Below, one piece after another: positions 1 through 6,868 of a stretch of 24,935 nt of DNA; within the stretch, counting starts at the first letter, position 1; each line of letters starts with the position of its first letter. The position numbers and the translations under genes were made by a program. The stretch is from Candidatus Staskawiczbacteria bacterium (GTDB lineage: Bacteria; Patescibacteriota; Minisyncoccia; Minisyncoccales; Staskawiczbacteraceae). The notes under the pieces are model-generated. The model searched no databases, was not told the origin of the DNA, and was given only the letters and a program-made list of their open reading frames with translations. The DNA is taken from assembly GCA_026395195.1 (NCBI GenBank), contig JAPLZD010000047.1, positions 1 through 24,935 on the forward strand, in the 5' to 3' direction.

Positions 1-275
1 CCCGATTCTGTTCGTTTTTTAATTCTGGCCCATTGCTTTGACATTTGTTTTTGTCCGTACGCCTGCCAGGCAAAAAATTCCGAAACATCCTCTAAAAACT
101 TATATCGAAGCCAGGAGGAATTAATCATAAAATAAATAACGAATGCCAAAAAAAACATCGCGCAGGCAACGAAAATTAACTTCACCGGAAAAAGGAAGTC
201 TTGTATTTGAGACGAGGATATAAAATAGATAAAATCTTTTATTCCGAAAAAATTGTATAATGCTTCCCAGCTCAT
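1..275 (-). CDS. Hypothetical membrane-anchored protein, 3'-partial (runs off window start); not in the supplied ORF track
   Basis: Manual translation from ATG at 275: MSWEALYNFFGIKDFIYFISSSQIQDFLFPVKLIFVACAMFFLAFVIYFMINSSWLRYKFLEDVSEFFAWQAYGQKQMSKQWARIKKRTES..., open to position 1, with one hydrophobic segment. Starts 7 nt after the gatA stop. Confidence 0.75.
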   Translation of the reverse strand, partial: MSWEALYNFFGIKDFIYFISSSQIQDFLFPVKLIFVACAMFFLAFVIYFMINSSWLRYKFLEDVSEFFAWQAYGQKQMSKQWARIKKRTES

Positions 276-281
276 TTTTCT

Positions 282-290
282 ATTATAACA
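282..290 (-). promoter_or_regulatory. Extended -10 element (TGTTATAAT) 6 nt upstream of the ATG at 275, overlapping the gatA stop
   Basis: Minus strand reads TGTTATAAT-agaaaa-ATG, a perfect TGnTATAAT consensus. AT-rich context lowers specificity. Confidence 0.5.
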
Positions 291-1695
291 TTTTTTCCAA
301 CTGTTCGGCTATACTCATAATTTTGTCTTCTTGGAAGTGATTGCCGATTATTTGAAGTCCCACCGGTAAATTCCCAATTTTTCCGGCCGGCATTGATAAC
401 CCTGGCAAACCGGCTAATTTCAAAGGAATGGTATAAATATCAGCCAGATACATAGACATCGGATTATCTGCTTTCTCGCCTATTTTAAATGCGGGGAAAG
501 GGGAAACCGGACAAAACAGAACATCAACTGTTTTGAAAGCCTTGGCAAAATCCTGTTTTATTAATTCGCGGACCTCCTGCGCTTTTTTGTAATATGCATC
601 ATAATATCCGGATGACAAACAATATGTTCCAATCATAATTCTTCTTTTTACTTCCTCTCCCAGTCCCCTTCCTCTTGTTTTTAAATATACTTCCGAGAGA
701 TTTTCTGCGGGTTCGGACAATCCGTATCTTATTCCGTCAAATCTGGCCAAATTAGCCGATATTTCAGATGGATCAATAATATAATAACAAGCCAAAGCAA
801 ACTCTGAGCTTGGCAGGCTCATTTCCACAATTTTTGCCCCCGCTTCTTTTGCTTTTTTTATAGCTCCTCGAATTATTTTTTCGACCTCGGGTTCAATGCC
901 CTTGGCAAAATACTCTTTTGGAACTCCAATCTTTAAATTTGAAATTTGAAATTTGAAATTTGAAATACCTGGCTCAACGCTTGTTGCGTCCATTGAATCT
1001 TTTCCTTTAATGACATCAAAAACAATTTTTGCATCTTCAACATTCTTAGCAAATGGCCCTATTTGATCTAGTGACGACGCATGAGCAATCAAACCATATC
1101 TTGAAACAGCTCCATAAGTAGGGCACAACCCCACAACTCCGCAAAAAGATGCCGGCTGCCTTATTGAGCCCCCTGTGTCAGAGCCCAAAGAAAAACATGC
1201 TTCGTTTGCGGCAACAGAAGCAGCAGAACCGCCAGAACTCCCTCCGGCTACTCTTGCGCTGTCGTGCGGATTTTTTGTTGCGCCAAACGCTGAATTTTCA
1301 GTAGATGAACCCATTGTAAATTCATCTGTATTTGTTTTTCCCAAAATAACAGCCCCCTGCTCTTTTAATTTTTTAATTACAGTTGCGTCATAGGGAGCAA
1401 TATAGTTTTCTAAAATTTTTGAAGCGGCTGTGCATTTTTGCCCTTCAACTAAAATTGCGTCTTTAATTGCGCAGGGCACGCCAATTAACTCTAAAAACTC
1501 TCCTGAAGCAATTTTTTTATCAGCCTGCTCTGCCTGCGTTAAAGCTAATTCTTCCGTCACTGATAAAAAAGCGTTTAAATCTTTATCAATTTTTTTAATC
1601 CTGTCTAAATAAGCTTCTGTCAGTTCAACCGAAGAAAACTCCTTATTTTTCAGGCCTTCGCGAGCTTTTTTAATTGTAAAATCGGCCAGTTCCAT
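283..1695 (-). CDS. gatA: Asp-tRNA(Asn)/Glu-tRNA(Gln) amidotransferase subunit A
   Basis: Amidase signature GGSSGGSAASV, GSDTGGSIRQPASFCG, catalytic Lys in IKDAI, NLARFDGIRYG; adjacent to gatC. Confidence 0.97.
   Translation of the reverse strand: MELADFTIKKAREGLKNKEFSSVELTEAYLDRIKKIDKDLNAFLSVTEELALTQAEQADKKIASGEFLELIGVPCAIKDAILVEGQKCTAASKILENYIAPYDATVIKKLKEQGAVILGKTNTDEFTMGSSTENSAFGATKNPHDSARVAGGSSGGSAASVAANEACFSLGSDTGGSIRQPASFCGVVGLCPTYGAVSRYGLIAHASSLDQIGPFAKNVEDAKIVFDVIKGKDSMDATSVEPGISNFKFQISNLKIGVPKEYFAKGIEPEVEKIIRGAIKKAKEAGAKIVEMSLPSSEFALACYYIIDPSEISANLARFDGIRYGLSEPAENLSEVYLKTRGRGLGEEVKRRIMIGTYCLSSGYYDAYYKKAQEVRELIKQDFAKAFKTVDVLFCPVSPFPAFKIGEKADNPMSMYLADIYTIPLKLAGLPGLSMPAGKIGNLPVGLQIIGNHFQEDKIMSIAEQLEKML
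935..966. repeat. Heptamer tandem repeat (AAATTTG)x4 + AAAT inside gatA
   Basis: Four perfect 7-bp units plus a partial one are directly visible; they encode ISNFKFQISNL in GatA. Confidence 0.9.
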
Positions 1696-1976
1696 TACAG
1701 TATTGATTTTACCTTAATATAGCCGTCCTTTTTATCTGGGGCCGCAGCAATCAGTTTTTCTGCTATAGTAGCATTCCGGGGGGTTGTCTCGTCTTTGCGT
1801 AAATTTTTATTGCCAACTACAAAATTTTTAGTTTTTGCCGGATTTGGGGCTTTTTTAAGAAGATTGAAATAATCCAAAATTTCCGATAGATCTTTCTGCA
1901 TTTTTTCCGTTTCCTTTTCCGTCAATTCCAATCTCGCCAATTTTGCAATATGTTTTACTTCTTCCTTTGAAATCAT
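1695..1976 (-). CDS. gatC: Amidotransferase subunit C
   Basis: MISKEEVKHIAKLARLEL...ILDYFNLL...APDKKDGYIKVKSIL is a typical GatC; 1-nt overlap with the gatA start. Confidence 0.93.
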   Translation of the reverse strand: MISKEEVKHIAKLARLELTEKETEKMQKDLSEILDYFNLLKKAPNPAKTKNFVVGNKNLRKDETTPRNATIAEKLIAAAPDKKDGYIKVKSIL

Positions 1977-2005
1977 ACTTTTAATTTATACTAACAAAAA
2001 ATAAA

Positions 2006-3058
2006 TTACCTTGGGACTGCTCCTTCTTCATCTTTAGACATAACATCCGCCAGGGTCTGGATATTTTCCAAAGCAATTCCAGCTCCCCTCACAACTGCTG
2101 TCAGCGGGTCATCAATTATTTTACATGGCATTTTTGTTTCTTTGGAAATTAAAACATCCAAACCGCGCAGCAAGCTTCCTCCACCCGCCAAATAAATTCC
2201 ATTAGTCATTACGTCAGCCAATAATTCCGGCGGAGTTTCCTCAATTGTTGTTTTAATAGCCTGAATAATCAGTTTTACGGATCTGTCTAAGGCTCTTTGG
2301 ATGTCATCGTTAAAAACCACCACTTCCTCTGGCAAGCCGGTTACCAAATTTCTTCCGCGCATGGGCATTTCTTTTTTTTCTTTTAAAGGCAAAGCTGATC
2401 CGATATTTATTTTTAAAAGCTCTGCTGTTCTCTGGCCGACTAAAAGCTTATATTCTTTTTGGGCAAAGTCGATAATATCATTATCTAATTTATCTCCGGC
2501 AATGCGCAGACTTCTTGAGGTTACTATGCCCCCAAGAGAAATTACCGCCACTTCTGTTGTCCCTCCGCCAATATCAACAATAAAATTACCGCCGGCGTCC
2601 TGTATGGGCAGTTTGGCTCCAATGGCTGAAGCAAGCGGCTCCTCAATCAAAAAAACCGTCCTTGCTCCTGCATTTTTTGCCGCGTCCCTTACCGCCTTTC
2701 TTTCCACCTCTGTGACTCCGCAAGGAATGCCAATGATAACTCTTGGCATGCTGAATATTTTTTTGCCGGAAGCAATGGCTTTTTCAATAAAATATTTTAA
2801 CATTTGCTCTGTCACTTCAAAGTCGGAAATTACGCCATTCACAAGCGGTCTTGTAGCTGAAATGTAAGCTGGCGTGCGGCCAACCATTTTTTTTGCTTCT
2901 TCCCCAATTGCCAAAATCTGGCCGGTTTTATTATTTATCGCTACAACCGACGGCTCATTGATTATTATTCCCCTGTCTTTCACGTAAACTAAAGAGTTAG
3001 CGGTTCCTAAATCAATCGCCATGTCCACCGATAGTAATGAGCGTATCCTCTTAAACAT
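2006..3058 (-). CDS. mreB: Rod shape-determining actin-like ATPase MreB (paralog 1)
   Basis: IDLGTANS, EPSVVA, IEEPLASAIGA, VDIGGGTTEVA, LAGGGSLL motifs. Confidence 0.95.
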   Translation of the reverse strand: MFKRIRSLLSVDMAIDLGTANSLVYVKDRGIIINEPSVVAINNKTGQILAIGEEAKKMVGRTPAYISATRPLVNGVISDFEVTEQMLKYFIEKAIASGKKIFSMPRVIIGIPCGVTEVERKAVRDAAKNAGARTVFLIEEPLASAIGAKLPIQDAGGNFIVDIGGGTTEVAVISLGGIVTSRSLRIAGDKLDNDIIDFAQKEYKLLVGQRTAELLKINIGSALPLKEKKEMPMRGRNLVTGLPEEVVVFNDDIQRALDRSVKLIIQAIKTTIEETPPELLADVMTNGIYLAGGGSLLRGLDVLISKETKMPCKIIDDPLTAVVRGAGIALENIQTLADVMSKDEEGAVPR

Positions 3059-4303
3059 TTATTTTATGATTTTCACCAACTGTTTTGCCTTAACAAGTTT
3101 TACTGACTTTTTATCCCTTTCCTTAATCTCGACTGAATTTTTAGCCAATGTTTTTTCCGAGACAACAACCCTGTAAGGAATGCCGATTAAATCTGCGTCT
3201 GCAAATTTTTCTCCGGCTGTCTTGTCTACTCTATCATCATATAATACTTCAATATTTTCTTTTTGCAAATCTTGATAAATTTTCAATGCCGTGGCTTTAA
3301 CTTTTTTGTCGTTAGAACCTATTTCTATCAAATGAACCGCAAACGGAGCAATTGATTTTGGCCAAATAATTCCGTTGTCGTCATAGTTTGTCTCAACAAC
3401 CGAACCCATTGCTCTTCCCAGACCAATTCCGAAACATCCCATAAATACAGGCTTTTCTGTTCCGTCTCTATCTTTAAATTTCAGGTCAAAGGGGAGAGAA
3501 AATTTTGTATTCAGTTTAAAAATATTTCCAACCTCAACCGCTTTTTTTTCTTCAAAATTATCCGAACTGCATTCCGGGCATGCCGGATTTTCTTCTTTTA
3601 TTTCTTTGTTTATTGCAGTTTTGCACTTATTACAAATATAAATTGTATCTTCGCCTGCCGGAGTAAGCATTTGAAACTCATGGGAATATTTTGAAAAAGT
3701 TCCCCCAGAAGCCAGGGTTAAGTACGTATCTTTCCCAATCCCCAATTCTTTGAAGATGTTGAAATAAACTTTTGTCAATTTATCGTAATATTTGTCCAAG
3801 TCCGCCTGGCTTTCATGAAAAGAATACATATCTTTCATCAAAAATTCCCTTGTCCTCAGCAATCCTGATTTTACCCGCAATTCATCCCTAAATTTTGTCT
3901 GAATTTGAAAAACCGAAAATGGCAAGTCTCTGTATGAAAAAATAATTTTTTTTGCCAATGGGCTCACAACTTCCTCGTGCGTCGGACCTAGCGCATATTC
4001 CTTGTCGCCGGAACCAGAAACTTTAAAAAGTATTTCCAAATTATTCCATCTTCCGGTTTTTACCCAATTTTCTTTTGGCTGCAAAACAGGCATTAGAATT
4101 TCCTGTCCGCCCGCTTCAACCATATTTTTCCTGATTATATTTTCAATGTTTTTCAAAACTCTGAATCCCAGCGGCAAAAAAGAATAGACTCCTGCCATCA
4201 GCTGGTCCACAAATCCGGCCCGTGCCAGCAAATCGTGGGAAATCGCTTCCGCCTCCGCAGATTTTTCTCTTGTTGTTTTATAAAATAATTTAGATTGCAG
4301 CAT
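3059..4303 (-). CDS. proS: Prolyl-tRNA synthetase, short form without INS editing domain
   Basis: LGPTHEE, QIQTKFRDE.R...GLLRTREFLMKDMYSFH, HEF, EVGNIFKL, MGCFGIGLGR, anticodon domain YDDR...GEKFADADLIGIP. Confidence 0.95.
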   Translation of the reverse strand: MLQSKLFYKTTREKSAEAEAISHDLLARAGFVDQLMAGVYSFLPLGFRVLKNIENIIRKNMVEAGGQEILMPVLQPKENWVKTGRWNNLEILFKVSGSGDKEYALGPTHEEVVSPLAKKIIFSYRDLPFSVFQIQTKFRDELRVKSGLLRTREFLMKDMYSFHESQADLDKYYDKLTKVYFNIFKELGIGKDTYLTLASGGTFSKYSHEFQMLTPAGEDTIYICNKCKTAINKEIKEENPACPECSSDNFEEKKAVEVGNIFKLNTKFSLPFDLKFKDRDGTEKPVFMGCFGIGLGRAMGSVVETNYDDNGIIWPKSIAPFAVHLIEIGSNDKKVKATALKIYQDLQKENIEVLYDDRVDKTAGEKFADADLIGIPYRVVVSEKTLAKNSVEIKERDKKSVKLVKAKQLVKIIK

Positions 4304-4324
4304 GCTTTTATATTTTAATTTTTA

Positions 4325-5446
4325 TTACCGCTGAAGCGATGATTTAAAATAATCCGTAACGCGCGGGATGTCGTATTTTATTGTTATAAAGATATAAAGG
4401 CATATCAATATAGCAAAAAATACAATTGTTATTCTCTGTTCAACCTTAACAGAAACCGGCTTGCCCTTTATTTTTTCTATCAGCAAAAATACTAATTTTC
4501 CGCCGTCTAGGGCCGGAATGGGAAACAAATTAAATATAGCCACTAGAACAGATATTATCCCGACAAAGTAAATAAAAAATCCTATGCCATAGCTGGCTGC
4601 ATTAGCCAGAAACACGGTAATTCCCAAGGGGCCCGCAAATGCCGATCCTTCCGGCAAAGGCTTACGATAAAACAAATCAGAAATTACCTGCCACAAACCC
4701 TTAAGAGAATTTATTGTTGTCTGCCAGGTATAAATTGCGCCCTGCAACGGCGCTTCATACCATGAATATTTTTTGATGAAAGTGCCTATTCTTTCCAAGC
4801 CTATGCCAATTGCTCCCTGGCCGGCCGGAGGATTTGCTCTGGGAGTCAAAGAGGTTTCGATGCTCTTTCCGCTCCTATCGATTGTAAGCATGACAGATTT
4901 TCCCAAATTTTCCTTCAAAAAATCCTGAAAATCTTTTATTTTATTAAATTTAACATTCTCACCGGAAATTAACACATCTCCAATTTTTAAGCCGGCCTGG
5001 CTTGCCGGGGAATTTTGAGATACCGAGGTTACTTCAATATGTAAATTTGTAAATCCTTGTGCGCTTTGATCATCCTGCACCGGAAGGTCTGCTCCTGTGG
5101 CAAAAACAATGGAAAACAAAATTATGGCCGCAATCCAAAAAGCAACAACCCCGCCGATTATAATCAAAACTCTCTGCCAAATTTTAAGATTGGTAAAACT
5201 TCTGTAGTCGTCTACTCCGCCTTCTTCGCCGTAAATTTTTACAAAGGCTCCAAGCGGTATCCAGTTTACAGAATAAATTGTTTCTCCAATTTTTTTTCCG
5301 AACATTCTTGGCGGGTATCCAATTCCAAACTCGTCAACCCGCACCCCAAATTTCTTGGCTATAATAAAGTGCCCGAATTCATGAATAATCATCAGGGCAA
5401 TCAAACTCAAAAATGCAACTGCTAAAATTAAAATTGAAGAAAGCAT
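4325..5446 (-). CDS. rseP: Site-2 intramembrane zinc metalloprotease with PDZ domain (M50, RseP-like)
   Basis: HEFGH zinc motif, NLFPIPALDGG motif, central PDZ-like SPASQAGLKIGD. I chose the ATG at 5446 over the TTG at 5449. Confidence 0.92.
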   Translation of the reverse strand: MLSSILILAVAFLSLIALMIIHEFGHFIIAKKFGVRVDEFGIGYPPRMFGKKIGETIYSVNWIPLGAFVKIYGEEGGVDDYRSFTNLKIWQRVLIIIGGVVAFWIAAIILFSIVFATGADLPVQDDQSAQGFTNLHIEVTSVSQNSPASQAGLKIGDVLISGENVKFNKIKDFQDFLKENLGKSVMLTIDRSGKSIETSLTPRANPPAGQGAIGIGLERIGTFIKKYSWYEAPLQGAIYTWQTTINSLKGLWQVISDLFYRKPLPEGSAFAGPLGITVFLANAASYGIGFFIYFVGIISVLVAIFNLFPIPALDGGKLVFLLIEKIKGKPVSVKVEQRITIVFFAILICLYIFITIKYDIPRVTDYFKSSLQR

Positions 5447-5467
5447 CAAATTTTTAAAGAATTAATT

Positions 5468-6022
5468 TTATGCGATTTCGTTTTTCTTTTTCTCCACTAA
5501 ATTTTTTATTTTTTCCTGGTAGTCGTCAACAACTTTTTGCAATTCGTCTTTTCCGCGGAATTTGTCGTCTTCTGAAATTTCTTTGGCAATTTTTGCTGCC
5601 TGAATTTTATTCCACGCATCCTCTCTCGCGTGCCTCATTGTTTGTTTTGCCTGTTCTGCTTTTTCGCCTAATGTTTTCGACAGTGCGTGCCTATATTCTT
5701 CCGTGAGAGTCGGCAAATTTAATCTTATAACGTTTTTATCAACAATTACCGACATGCCAAGGCCTGACTGCGAAATTGCCTTTTCAATTGGTTCTAAATA
5801 CGAACCATCCCATGGCTGAATTACAATTTGGTTTGTTGACGGCGTTGAAATCGCGCCAAGCTGTTTTAAGGGAAACTTTTGGCCGAAGGCATTCACTTCA
5901 ATGTCTTCAACCAAAGCAGGGCTTGCCCTTGAAGTCCTTATTTTCTGTATTTCTCCCTCTAAAAATTTGAATGCTTTTTCAAATTCCGGCTTAGCCTTAT
6001 CTATAAATTCTTTATAACTCAT
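5468..6022 (-). CDS. frr: Ribosome recycling factor
   Basis: IRTSRASPALVE, IVIQPWD, IRLNLPTLTEEYR, ISEDDKFRGKDELQK; 184 aa. Confidence 0.95.
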   Translation of the reverse strand: MSYKEFIDKAKPEFEKAFKFLEGEIQKIRTSRASPALVEDIEVNAFGQKFPLKQLGAISTPSTNQIVIQPWDGSYLEPIEKAISQSGLGMSVIVDKNVIRLNLPTLTEEYRHALSKTLGEKAEQAKQTMRHAREDAWNKIQAAKIAKEISEDDKFRGKDELQKVVDDYQEKIKNLVEKKKNEIA

Positions 6023-6756
6023 ATATTCATTAATAACACCTCTAATGCCAACTTTGGATTGACATTAGTAAAAGTTATTTTATTATTAATATCTTCTATT
6101 AATTTTATATCTTTCTTTAACTTTGATACGGGGGCGCCCGCGGAAACCGCGTCTAAGAGCTGACGCCTAAAATATTTTTGTAAAACCTCCAAAATTTCAC
6201 CGAGGTTTTGCTGCTCAAAGTCTAAAGATTTTGCATATTTAAATTTTTCTGAAAGATTGCTGCAGGAAACCTTCAAAATTTCCTGCAAAATTTTATTTTC
6301 TTGCTCAATTTTTTCCCGGCTCAAAACGGGCTTTCCGAAAAATTTAATAATCTGACAACGGGAATATATGGTGGGCAAAAGCATATCCGGCCTTGAAGAA
6401 ATTAAGATAATAACCGTGTTGCCTTTCGGCTCTTCTAAGGTTTTTAAAAAACAGCTTTGCGCCTCTTGATTCATTGAGTGCGCGTCATCAACAACTACGG
6501 TTTTAAAATTTCTATAATATGGCTTATAGCTTAAAAAATTTTGGATCTCCCTGATTTTTGCGATTGAAATTTCCCCGCCGTCTCCAGCCCTAACAAGCAT
6601 TAAATCTGGAAATTTACAGCCGATAAATTCTGCAAATTCTTTCGCAAAATTATTCTTGCCTAAATTTTTTGGTCCTATAAATAAATACGCATGCGAAAGC
6701 TGGTTTGTCTCAAAATTTTTTCTTAAAAATTCCCACTGCTTTTTATGCCCAACCAT
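6019..6756 (-). CDS. holB: DNA polymerase III delta-prime-like clamp-loader subunit (short)
   Basis: MVGH...LSHAYLFIGPKNLGK, DDAHSMNQEAQSCFLKTLEEP, LLPTIYSRCQ, NPKLALEVLL. Confidence is higher for the family than for the exact orthology. Confidence 0.82.
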   Translation of the reverse strand: MVGHKKQWEFLRKNFETNQLSHAYLFIGPKNLGKNNFAKEFAEFIGCKFPDLMLVRAGDGGEISIAKIREIQNFLSYKPYYRNFKTVVVDDAHSMNQEAQSCFLKTLEEPKGNTVIILISSRPDMLLPTIYSRCQIIKFFGKPVLSREKIEQENKILQEILKVSCSNLSEKFKYAKSLDFEQQNLGEILEVLQKYFRRQLLDAVSAGAPVSKLKKDIKLIEDINNKITFTNVNPKLALEVLLMNI

Positions 6757-6762
6757 GCTTGG

Positions 6763-6863
6763 AAACTCGAAATTCGAATATCGAAACTCGAAACATATTT
6801 TGAATTTTTTTAATTTTGAAAATTCTAATTTGTTTCGGATTTCGGATTTCGTGCTTCGGATTT
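6763..6863. repeat. Intergenic period-7 imperfect inverted repeat (long hairpin; REP/MITE-like)
   Basis: Left arm 6763-6795 (tcgaaat/tcgaata/tcgaaac/tcgaaac) pairs with right arm 6831-6863 (tttcgga/tttcgga/tttcgtg/cttcgga). Inner stem gaatttt (6802-6808) / aaaattc (6819-6825). Confidence 0.85.
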
Positions 6864-6868
6864 ATCTT

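Noticed and set aside
283-1976. Missing gatB as evidence of an incomplete amidotransferase
   Set aside because: gatB is often unlinked from gatCA, so its absence from one window is uninformative.
6131-6151. GC-rich mini-hairpin CGCGG-AAA-CCGCG inside holB
   Set aside because: Only a 5-bp stem, in frame within coding sequence, single occurrence; compatible with chance.
6763-6863. CRISPR array (given the nearby Cas4-like gene)
   Set aside because: Units are 7 bp, contiguous and inverted, with no unique spacers. I saw no 23-50 bp direct repeats anywhere in the window.
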